Below are positions 28,598-36,577 of a stretch of DNA of 64,000 bases, in pieces. The stretch is from positions 385,210 to 449,209 of the forward strand of contig JAAEQR010000072.1 in assembly GCA_024231215.1 (NCBI GenBank). Reading direction: 5' to 3'. The stretch comes from PVC group bacterium (GTDB lineage Bacteria; Omnitrophota; Gorgyraeia; B26-G9). Both the position numbers and the translations under genes were made by a program. The first letter of the stretch is position 1. Every line of letters begins with the position of its first letter. A model generated the notes under the pieces. That model had not been told where the DNA came from. It was given only the letters and a program-made list of their open reading frames with translations, and searched no databases.

Positions 28598-29341
28598 ATG
28601 TATCCTATTTTATGGCAAATAGGTTCGATCAGTATATATTCTTACGGGGTTATGGTTGCAATCGGGATTATGGTTTCTACTTATCTTTGCCAGTTTCATG
28701 CAGCTAAAAGAGGCATAGAAGATGAGAAGATTGTTGATCTGATATTTTGGGTGATTATCTTCGGTTTGATCGGAGGACGACTCTTATATGTTTTATTGAA
28801 CTTAAATGATTTTGTATCCCAGCCTCTGGAAATCGTCAAAATATATAAAGGCGGACTTATTTTTCACGGTAGTTTTATCGCCGGGATTATAACGGCGTTT
28901 GCGTTTATCAAAAAGACAAAGATGCCTTTGGGTAAGAGTTTAGACCTGATTGCTGTTTATGCGCCTTTAGGCCATGCCTTTGGTCGTATCGGGTGTTTTT
29001 TGAACGGGTGTTGTTATGGACATAGTACGGATGTAAGCTGGGGAGTATTGTTTCCCGGGCATATGTATCATGTGCATCCGACCCAGATATATTCAACTGT
29101 TTTATTGTTTGGCCTATGTGTGTTTTTGTATTTTCGGGAAAGAAAGAAATTGTTCGACGGGCAGATAATTAGCCTATATTTTATTTTATATGGTGTTATG
29201 CGTTTTACCATGGAGTTTCTACGGGGAGATAATCCGGCTGTATTGGGAGGCCTTTCTGTATTTCAGATAATTAGTATTGGATTATTAATAGTCGGAATAA
29301 TTATGTATCGTAATTTTAAGACGAAAGGTGTGAAAAGTTAA
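28598..29341 (+). CDS. lgt: Prolipoprotein diacylglyceryl transferase
   Basis: YSYG, GGRLLYV, GGLIFHG, GRIGCFLNGCC, HPTQIY, EFLRGD. Confidence 0.94.
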   Translation: MYPILWQIGSISIYSYGVMVAIGIMVSTYLCQFHAAKRGIEDEKIVDLIFWVIIFGLIGGRLLYVLLNLNDFVSQPLEIVKIYKGGLIFHGSFIAGIITAFAFIKKTKMPLGKSLDLIAVYAPLGHAFGRIGCFLNGCCYGHSTDVSWGVLFPGHMYHVHPTQIYSTVLLFGLCVFLYFRERKKLFDGQIISLYFILYGVMRFTMEFLRGDNPAVLGGLSVFQIISIGLLIVGIIMYRNFKTKGVKS

Positions 29342-29343
29342 AA

Positions 29344-30273
29344 TTGGAAAAAGAATTAGTTTTTATTGTAGAAGAAAAATTTTCAGGGCAGAGAATAGAT
29401 AAGTATTTGGGCTCGCAGCTTGCCGAAGAACTTTCCCGTAGTAATATAAAAAAGATTATCACCGATAAACGAGTCTCATTAAACGGAGTTCACCCAAAAG
29501 CTAATCACAAGATAAAAGTAAATGATAAGATTGTAATTATAGTGCACGATACAGATACAGCCCAAGCTGCGCCGGTAGATATCCATCCGGCAAACATCCC
29601 TTTAGATATTATCTTTGAAGATGAGTATATTATCGTGGTGAATAAGCCGGCAGGCTTAGTTGTTCATCCGGCCCCGGGGCATTACGATGATACCCTGGTA
29701 AATGCATTGCTTTTTTATACAAAAGAACTTTCGCAGATAAATGGTAACTTAAAGCCGGGTATTGTGCATCGTCTGGATAAGGATACTTCCGGAATTATGG
29801 TTGTAGCCCGGGATGATAAGACACATAATGTCCTAGCAAAACAGTTTAAACAGCATAAAGTTAATAAAATGTATATTGCCGTGGTTCTGGGTAGTGTGGA
29901 ATACGACGAAGGGATAGTTGAAGCTCCAATTGCCAGAAGCCCTATGGATCGTAAGAAAATGATGGTTGCGTATGCAGCCAGCCGGGATGCCGAAACTTTT
30001 TACCGAGTGATTAAACGTACTCCAAAGATGACGGTATTAGAAGCTCATCCGAAAACCGGCAGAACCCATCAGATTAGAGTACACATGGCTCATCTTGGAC
30101 ATCCACTTATCGGGGATGTAGCTTATTCCCAAGGAGGTCGGCAAGACCCCATAGATAGGCAAGCCTTACATGCTAAGAAAATTGGCTTTAAACATCCTCA
30201 GACTAAAGAATATGTGGAATTTGAAGCACCCCTACCACCGGATATGGAAAAGCTGATAGAGTTGATAGGATAG
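29344..30273 (+). CDS. rluD: RluD-type pseudouridine synthase with S4 domain
   Basis: RIDKYL, NKPAGLVVHP, HRLDKDTSG, GRTHQIRVH. Confidence 0.9.
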   Translation: MEKELVFIVEEKFSGQRIDKYLGSQLAEELSRSNIKKIITDKRVSLNGVHPKANHKIKVNDKIVIIVHDTDTAQAAPVDIHPANIPLDIIFEDEYIIVVNKPAGLVVHPAPGHYDDTLVNALLFYTKELSQINGNLKPGIVHRLDKDTSGIMVVARDDKTHNVLAKQFKQHKVNKMYIAVVLGSVEYDEGIVEAPIARSPMDRKKMMVAYAASRDAETFYRVIKRTPKMTVLEAHPKTGRTHQIRVHMAHLGHPLIGDVAYSQGGRQDPIDRQALHAKKIGFKHPQTKEYVEFEAPLPPDMEKLIELIG

Positions 30274-30291
30274 ATATCCAAACCAGATTAT

Positions 30292-31053
30292 ATGATTAAA
30301 TCAAAGATAAAAATAAGAACTAAATATGTACCTGCAGGTATTAAGATTCTTTATGAGGATCGAGACATGCTTGTGATCGATAAAAGTGTAGGGCTTTTGA
30401 GTGTTAAAGCTAATTATGAAAAAGAAAATACAGCACATAATCTGCTTACGAATTACGTTCGAAAAGGTAATCCAAAAGCAAGGATGAAGCTATTTGTTGT
30501 GCATCGCTTAGATCGGGAGACATCCGGAGTGCTGATTTTTGCTAAAAGTCTGGAAATTCGCGAGAAGTTTGCAGATCAGTGGGAAAGTGTAGAAAAAAAA
30601 TACTTAGCTTTAGTCGAGGGTAATTTAAGAGAAAAAAGCGGAATTATATCGTCTTATCTTACGGAGGGGGATGATTATATAGTAAGATCTGTTGATAATC
30701 CACGCGAGGGAAAGCTGGCTAGAACTAAATATAAGGTAATAAAAGAATCCAAGAAATATAGTCTATTAGAAATTGACCTTCTTACTGGTAAAAAAAATCA
30801 AATTCGTGTTCACTTCTCAGAAATTGGGCATCCGATTGTCGGAGATATAAAATATGGCAAAAAAACTAAGGGACGTCTAGGGTTACATGCATGGTCGATT
30901 AAGTTTAAACATCCGTTTAATAATCAAGAAATGGAGTTTGAAACGAAAATTCCAGAATATTTTCTGAAATATTTTAATATTACGGGGCAAGTTGATACTT
31001 GCTCTTCTAAGGAGCAGAGGAGCAGTAAAAGAGAGAGCAGGAATGCTGGATAA
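30292..31053 (+). CDS. Second RluA-family pseudouridine synthase, no S4 domain
   Basis: HRLDRETSG, TGKKNQIRVH, GDIKYG. Confidence 0.88.
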   Translation: MIKSKIKIRTKYVPAGIKILYEDRDMLVIDKSVGLLSVKANYEKENTAHNLLTNYVRKGNPKARMKLFVVHRLDRETSGVLIFAKSLEIREKFADQWESVEKKYLALVEGNLREKSGIISSYLTEGDDYIVRSVDNPREGKLARTKYKVIKESKKYSLLEIDLLTGKKNQIRVHFSEIGHPIVGDIKYGKKTKGRLGLHAWSIKFKHPFNNQEMEFETKIPEYFLKYFNITGQVDTCSSKEQRSSKRESRNAG

Positions 31054-31180
31054 CTTAGAAAATAGAAATAAAAATGGATATATTCCAAAAACGTGGGATA
31101 ATAAGATAAAAATATCTTTTAAAATGTGCGAATACGGAAACACCTGCTGGTATTGTTCATTTATGAGTTTGTGCAGGTAG
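31043..31180 (+). CDS. Small Cys-rich hypothetical protein (45 aa from ATG 31043)
   Basis: Fills the gap between two + strand genes, purine-rich upstream sequence, ends CEYGNTCWYCSFMSLCR. Confidence 0.45.
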   Translation: MLDNLENRNKNGYIPKTWDNKIKISFKMCEYGNTCWYCSFMSLCR

Positions 31181-31193
31181 AAAAAAGGAAATT

Positions 31194-32390
31194 ATGAAAT
31201 TTAGTGAATTAAATCTTCCAGATAAGATTATGGCATCTTTGGGTAAAATGGGTTTTGAGGAAATGACGCCGATTCAGGAAGCGACGTATCCGATTATTGC
31301 CGCTGGCCAGGATCTTTGTGCGCTAGCTGAGACTGGATCGGGTAAAACCGCTGCTTGTGCAATTCCGCTTATTCAGAAAGTGGATACAACTCAGAATACA
31401 ATTCAGGGGCTGGTGATTGTGCCTACACGTGAATTATGTCTGCAGTATGTAACAGAGATCCAGAGCATTGGTGGAAAAACCGATTTGGCGCCATTTGCTA
31501 TATACGGTGGATTTAGCCGGGAAATTCAAACTGCCAAGTTAAAACATGGGGTGCATATTTTGGTAGCAACCCCGGGACGATTGATAGATCTTTTATATGA
31601 GGGGATTGTTGATCTTTCGAATGTGAAATGCGCTATTTTAGATGAGGCAGATGAACTGTTGCAGGAAGGTTTTTTCAGTGATATAAAACTGCTGCTTTCA
31701 TGTATTATTCATGAGCACCAGACGATACTATTTTCTGCAACCATGGCCGATGATATTAAAAAACTTGCTCATGACTGTCTGCGTGATCCTCAACATATAT
31801 CTTTGATCAAAAAGAGGGCGGCTCCGGTAAGTATTGAACATTGTTTTTTCTATCTTCATCCTAAAAACAAGCAGGCAGAGCTGGCACGATTTATTGAAGA
31901 GGAGAAAATTCGTCAGGCGATTATTTTTTGTAATGCCCGGCATTTAGTGGATAAATTGTTTCGTACTTTGCGTGGTTCTGTGAAAAATGTTGATTTTATT
32001 CATGCCGGACTCCGGCAGGAAAAACGCACCTCAATTATCAGGAAATTCAGAAAAAAAGAAATCCATTATCTTATTGCCACAGATGTTGCCGGCAGAGGGC
32101 TTGATTTTTCTCATGTTTCCCATGTGATTAACTGGGATTTTCCAGGTGGAGGAGAACAGTATACGCATCGTACCGGCCGGGCCGGGCGTATGGGTAGAAA
32201 AGGCAAAGCATTTACCTTTGTTACCAAGCACGATTTGCCTGCGTTTACCGAAGTCATCAAAAAGAAAAATATATCTCCGATTTGGGTGAGCAAGGATCCT
32301 TTTCAGAATGAAAAGCTTCATGACCAGAGTCACTCCTCCTCGCCTAAAAAGAAAAAACGTTCATTCCACAGATTTAAGAAAAAACAATAG
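31194..32390 (+). CDS. DEAD-box RNA helicase
   Basis: Q motif TPIQ, AETGSGKT, PTREL, TPGRL, DEAD, SAT, HRTGRAGR; basic C-tail. Confidence 0.95.
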   Translation: MKFSELNLPDKIMASLGKMGFEEMTPIQEATYPIIAAGQDLCALAETGSGKTAACAIPLIQKVDTTQNTIQGLVIVPTRELCLQYVTEIQSIGGKTDLAPFAIYGGFSREIQTAKLKHGVHILVATPGRLIDLLYEGIVDLSNVKCAILDEADELLQEGFFSDIKLLLSCIIHEHQTILFSATMADDIKKLAHDCLRDPQHISLIKKRAAPVSIEHCFFYLHPKNKQAELARFIEEEKIRQAIIFCNARHLVDKLFRTLRGSVKNVDFIHAGLRQEKRTSIIRKFRKKEIHYLIATDVAGRGLDFSHVSHVINWDFPGGGEQYTHRTGRAGRMGRKGKAFTFVTKHDLPAFTEVIKKKNISPIWVSKDPFQNEKLHDQSHSSSPKKKKRSFHRFKKKQ

Positions 32391-32392
32391 GA

Positions 32393-33499
32393 GTGATTTT
32401 GAAAATAGCCCATTCAATTATAAAAATTGGTTGCCTGTTTGTTGTCGGAGGACTCATACTGTATGTTTGTAATCTCAGCAATGTCCCCAAAAAATATTTA
32501 GAGGAATCCCATTGGGAACCGGACAATAATAATCCGATTATAAAATATGGACAAGAGATATCTGATATTATCTGGAACGATCCATGTGTGATAAAAGAAG
32601 ATAATATTTATCGGATGTGGTTATCCGGAGGGACTGGTAAGGGGATTAATCACGTAAGGATTTATCAGGCTACTTCAAATAACGGGTTGAAATGGAAGAT
32701 TGATCCTAACCCTGTTTTAGTGCCTGGAAGTGCGGGGCAATGGGATGATGAAAAGGTAGAAACCCCGATGGTTATAAAAGTGGGAGAAACATATCATATG
32801 TATTACTCCGGATTTAACACCGGAGATAAAGGGGGGCAGTATCAGATCGGCCATGCGGTTTCTTCTGATGGAACAACCTGGGCCAAAGATTCGCAGAATC
32901 CAGTCATTATGTATACGAACGATGCTCAGCATTGGGGATTTTATGGTGTTGCAGAACCCGGGGCTGTTTATAATGTAAAAGACGATAAAATTTATTTATA
33001 TTATGTAGCGACAAAAATAAGAGATGGATATCAGGGGGGGAATCCGAATTTAATTACGCAGCATGGGATTTGCCTGGCGTTTTCTCCGGGTAATGACGGT
33101 AGTGATTTTACGCATTATGATTCAGATTCCGATGGCTTTCGCGATGCTGTATTGGTGCAGAGCTTAAATTATCCTCCGGAGATGGATTACCGGGGATATT
33201 CCACCCCGTTTATTGTTGTTGATAATGAAGGAATATATAATCTTTTCTATGATGTGGTGGTGCATTCTAAATACGGAGGCTGGAGACAGACTACACTTGC
33301 ACGTGCTACAAGTTTCGATGGAAAGAGTTTTGTGGAAGTAGAACGGGATATTATTGTTTCGGGGGTAGAAAAATGGACCCAATCTGAAGTGCGTGCTCCC
33401 AGTGTTATGCAAGAAGGCGATAGATTTAAAATGTGGTATGCCGGGCACTCTGATTGGTTTAAATCTTCTGGGATTGGATATGCTGTACGTGGCGAGTAA
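32393..33499 (+). CDS. Membrane-anchored or secreted beta-propeller glycoside-hydrolase-like protein (GH32/GH43/GH130-like fold)
   Basis: N-terminal hydrophobic segment; repeated blades WNDPCVIK, VETPMVIK...MYYSG, IGHAVSSDG, APSVMQ...MWYAG. Confidence 0.65.
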   Translation: MILKIAHSIIKIGCLFVVGGLILYVCNLSNVPKKYLEESHWEPDNNNPIIKYGQEISDIIWNDPCVIKEDNIYRMWLSGGTGKGINHVRIYQATSNNGLKWKIDPNPVLVPGSAGQWDDEKVETPMVIKVGETYHMYYSGFNTGDKGGQYQIGHAVSSDGTTWAKDSQNPVIMYTNDAQHWGFYGVAEPGAVYNVKDDKIYLYYVATKIRDGYQGGNPNLITQHGICLAFSPGNDGSDFTHYDSDSDGFRDAVLVQSLNYPPEMDYRGYSTPFIVVDNEGIYNLFYDVVVHSKYGGWRQTTLARATSFDGKSFVEVERDIIVSGVEKWTQSEVRAPSVMQEGDRFKMWYAGHSDWFKSSGIGYAVRGE

Positions 33500-33519
33500 G
33501 TGATAAAAGATTTTGTTTG

Positions 33520-34362
33520 CTATTCTTCTAACGATTCTACAAGGTTGGTGTAATAATCTACTTCTTTTAATCTATTTCTTTTTTTCGCGCCGTTAATATA
33601 AATCCTGCATTTTTGTTTTAATTCTTTCACTGCTGCTACAGATTGAGCTTCATCTAGTTGGCCGGATTTTATTATTTTATTTATAGAGTCAATCCGGAAT
33701 TTATCCATGGCCGGATATTTTTTGGATAACTGATCTTTATGACCTCCTGTTTTTAAAGTGAGGCTTTCTGGGATGAGTTTGACAGAATACTTTTGTGTAG
33801 CCCGCAGCCAAAAATCATAATCTTCACATGCCGGCATTGACTCATCAAATAGTCCAATATCTGCAAAAAGATCTTTTTTTATTGCGGTAGTGGACATGCC
33901 AATACAGCACAGAGGCAGTGCTTTTTCAAAAACAGATCCGTCTGGTTTTTTATGCCGGATCTTTTGATTTAAAAGTATCCCGTTACGATACCATATTTCT
34001 TCGGTATGGAATATTTTGATTTGCGGGAATTGATTTATGTATCTATAAGTTACTTCTAGCTTTTCTTTTTTAAATTGATCATCAGAATCAAGAAAGACTA
34101 TAAAATCCCCCTGAGAGTTTAAAACCCCGTTATTTCTGGCAGGAGATACACCTGAATGGTTTTGTCTGATATATTTAATGCGTGGATCCGTAATTGTTTT
34201 GATATAATTTAAAGTCTGATCTGTCGAGCCGTCATCGATGATTATGAGTTCAAAGTTTTCAAAACTCTGTGTTAGCACAGAATTGATAGCTGTTTTAAGG
34301 AAATCAAGCCGATTATATGTTGGAATTATAATACTAAAAAAAGGCGCGTTATTCTTGGACAT
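33520..34362 (-). CDS. GT2-family glycosyltransferase
   Basis: IIIPTYNR, DDGSTD, ARNNG, FLDSDD, EDYDFWLR. Confidence 0.92.
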   Translation of the reverse strand: MSKNNAPFFSIIIPTYNRLDFLKTAINSVLTQSFENFELIIIDDGSTDQTLNYIKTITDPRIKYIRQNHSGVSPARNNGVLNSQGDFIVFLDSDDQFKKEKLEVTYRYINQFPQIKIFHTEEIWYRNGILLNQKIRHKKPDGSVFEKALPLCCIGMSTTAIKKDLFADIGLFDESMPACEDYDFWLRATQKYSVKLIPESLTLKTGGHKDQLSKKYPAMDKFRIDSINKIIKSGQLDEAQSVAAVKELKQKCRIYINGAKKRNRLKEVDYYTNLVESLEE

Positions 34363-34439
34363 GATTAAAAATTATAATATATATTTTGTATTTTGTAAAT
34401 AATCTGTGAATAATATTAAAAATTTGATATAATTAGGCT

Positions 34440-34871
34440 ATGGATAAAGAGGGACAGATGGAACAGTCTTATGGGGGACAAGAGAGACGGTACTATAAAC
34501 GTTGTTCTGTAGAATTGCCGGTAAAGCTTTCTTTTATAAGCGATGAGGTAAAAACTCAGGTGGTTGAGTTTTACGAGGCGCATACTATTGATATCTCCGG
34601 CGGCGGACTGGCGATTAAAGTGCAAAGTCTTGATCGGGAAATAATTCCTCAGATCAATGTCGGGGTGATTCGCTGTGGAATTAAACTACATATCCCAATC
34701 TATGCGGAGCAGATAATGATGTTGACTAAATCAGCCTGGATTATGCGGCAGTTAAGTATGGGGCCGGAAGATTCAGGGTATATTATCGGGGTGCAGTTTA
34801 CGGATATTACTACAGTGAATAAAGATAAGATTATAGGCTTTATAGTTGGTAGTTATTTGGGGAAACAATAG
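34440..34871 (+). CDS. PilZ-domain protein (c-di-GMP receptor)
   Basis: RRYYKR (RxxxR), DISGGG (DxSxxG), GVQF. Confidence 0.85.
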   Translation: MDKEGQMEQSYGGQERRYYKRCSVELPVKLSFISDEVKTQVVEFYEAHTIDISGGGLAIKVQSLDREIIPQINVGVIRCGIKLHIPIYAEQIMMLTKSAWIMRQLSMGPEDSGYIIGVQFTDITTVNKDKIIGFIVGSYLGKQ

Positions 34872-34907
34872 GTTTAAGTTTGTATAAAAATTGTAGTAGG
34901 CAAGTGT

Positions 34908-34949
34908 AATACCCGCTCTGGGTTACCAACTTAGGGCGGGTATTTTATT
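34908..34949 (+). terminator. Rho-independent terminator after the PilZ gene
   Basis: 17-bp stem AATACCCGCTCTGGGTT/AACTTAGGGCGGGTATT (three G-U pairs), 3-nt loop, T-rich tail. Confidence 0.8.
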
Positions 34950-35031
34950 GTAAATAAAGGGGGTATTAATATGGAGAAAAATCTGTTATAATTAAATCTT
35001 AATAAGTATGAGTTAAAGGATGAGTTGAATA

Positions 35032-35760
35032 ATGAAAAAGACAGAACAAAAAATAGTTAAATGGATACAAAAAAAAGTAAAAGATGCAAAGGCTAAAGGT
35101 ATAGTCTTTGGGTTAAGCGGAGGAATAGATTCTGCGGTAGTTGCCGGGCTGGTTAAGAAAGCAGTAGGCAATAACCATCAGGCACTGATCTTACCATGCC
35201 ATAGTTCAAAAAATGCGGCAAGTGATGCCAAGAAGGTGATAAAGCAATTCAAGCTAAAAAGCAGAATAGTTGATCTTACCGTAGTGTTTGATTGTTTCAA
35301 AAAGACATTACCGAAGGGAAATGCTTTGGCGAACGCAAATATTAAACCGCGCTTGCGAATGATAACGCTTTACTATATAGCAAATAGTTTGAATTATATT
35401 GTTGCCGGTACCGGTAATAAATCAGAATTATTAGTAGGCTATTATACTAAACATGGTGATGGAGGGGTGGATATCCTTCCGATTGCTGATTTGTTTAAAG
35501 CTCAGGTTGTTGAGTTAGCTGAGCAGTTGGGAGTACCGCAGTCTGTTGTTGATAAGCCTCCTTCAGCAGATCTCTGGTCTGGACAGACTGATGAAGAAGA
35601 AATGGGAGTTAAGTATTCAGAGCTTGATTGTATACTTGCGTCGATCACTAGCGGTAAAAAAATAAAAGTTTCTAAGGCAAAGGTTAATAAAGTAAAAAGA
35701 ATGAAAAAAGTCTCGGAGCATAAACGTAAAATGCCGGAGATATTCAGAATTAACCTGTAG
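35032..35760 (+). CDS. nadE: NH3-dependent NAD+ synthetase
   Basis: GLSGGIDS, NIKPRLRM, GTGNKSE, GYYTKHGD, PSADLW, EHKR; no glutaminase domain. Confidence 0.95.
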   Translation: MKKTEQKIVKWIQKKVKDAKAKGIVFGLSGGIDSAVVAGLVKKAVGNNHQALILPCHSSKNAASDAKKVIKQFKLKSRIVDLTVVFDCFKKTLPKGNALANANIKPRLRMITLYYIANSLNYIVAGTGNKSELLVGYYTKHGDGGVDILPIADLFKAQVVELAEQLGVPQSVVDKPPSADLWSGQTDEEEMGVKYSELDCILASITSGKKIKVSKAKVNKVKRMKKVSEHKRKMPEIFRINL

Positions 35761-35782
35761 GGGAGGGCCTTGCGTCCTTCCG
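35757..35782 (+). repeat. GTAG-type REP-like hairpin, copy 1 (its TAG is the nadE stop)
   Basis: GTAG GGGAGGGC CTTGC GTCCTTCC G: 8-bp stem with two G-U pairs, 5-nt loop. Confidence 0.7.
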
Positions 35783-35788
35783 TGATAA

Positions 35789-35809
35789 ATTTAATATTTA
35801 ATATTTAAT
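35789..35809. repeat. Perfect 7-bp tandem repeat (ATTTAAT)x3
   Basis: Read directly in the nadE-hisH spacer. Confidence 0.7.
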
Positions 35810-35829
35810 ATTTGGAACAAGGGTATTAT

Positions 35830-36477
35830 ATGATTGCAATTATCGACTACAAAATGGGAAATTTGCGTAGTGTAGCCAAAGCGTTCGAACTTGTAGGCGC
35901 AGAGGTTGAAGTTACTGCGGCAAAGACAAAACTGCGTAAGGCTAAGGCCTTGGTATTGCCTGGAGTAGGGGCTTTTGCTGCAGGAATGAAAAATCTGAGA
36001 GCTTTAAAGTTGATTCCGGAAATTACTGATGCTGTAGCTGAAGGTAAACCATTTTTGGGGATTTGTCTGGGTATGCAGTTGCTGTTAACTGAAAGCGAAG
36101 AACATGGTCGGCATAAAGGTCTGAATTTTATCCCCGGAAAAGTAGTGCGGTTTCGTTCTAATTTGAAAATTCCTCATATGGGCTGGAATACGATAGAAAA
36201 GATACAAAATAAAAATAGTGTAGGGGCGGCGCTTGCCCCCGCCCGTATATTAAATGGAGTCAAAGACGGATCCTATTTTTATTTTGTGCATTCGTATTAT
36301 GTAAAGCCAAAAGGTAGTAATGTTATTTTGGCAAAAACCGAATATGGTCAAAAATTTGCTTGTGTTATTGGTAAAGATAATGTTTATGGCATTCAATTTC
36401 ATCCGGAAAAAAGCTCTGACTTAGGGATGAAGATATTAAGAAATTTTTGCAAGATGTGTGGAGAAATTAATAGCTAA
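35830..36477 (+). CDS. hisH: Imidazole glycerol phosphate synthase glutaminase subunit
   Basis: MIAIIDY, GNLRSV, LPGVG, GICLGMQ, PHMGWN, YFVHSY, QFHPEKS; start moved to ATG 35830. Confidence 0.95.
   Translation: MIAIIDYKMGNLRSVAKAFELVGAEVEVTAAKTKLRKAKALVLPGVGAFAAGMKNLRALKLIPEITDAVAEGKPFLGICLGMQLLLTESEEHGRHKGLNFIPGKVVRFRSNLKIPHMGWNTIEKIQNKNSVGAALAPARILNGVKDGSYFYFVHSYYVKPKGSNVILAKTEYGQKFACVIGKDNVYGIQFHPEKSSDLGMKILRNFCKMCGEINS
36220..36245 (+). repeat. GTAG-type REP-like hairpin, copy 2, in-frame inside hisH
   Basis: GTAG GGGCGGCG CTTGC CCCCGCCC G; same length and loop as copy 1; GC-rich island in AT-rich gene; encodes VGAALAPAR. Confidence 0.75.
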
Positions 36478-36562
36478 TGGTTGATAGCTAATGGCTTATA
36501 GTGTATAGTTGGTTGATGGTTTGGGTTAGTAGTTAATAACTTATAATTAATAATTTATAATT
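36469..36562. repeat. Two degenerate 7-bp tandem arrays (36469-36510 and 36528-36562) spanning the hisH stop and hisH-hisF spacer
   Basis: AATAGCT AATGGTT GATAGCT AATGGCT TATAGTG TATAGTT; AGTAGTT AATAACT TATAATT AATAATT TATAATT. Confidence 0.75.
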
Positions 36563-36577
36563 GTCCGGAGGACAAAA

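Noticed and set aside
36469-36562. CRISPR-like array
   Set aside because: Units are 7 bp, contiguous and lack spacers; no cas genes present
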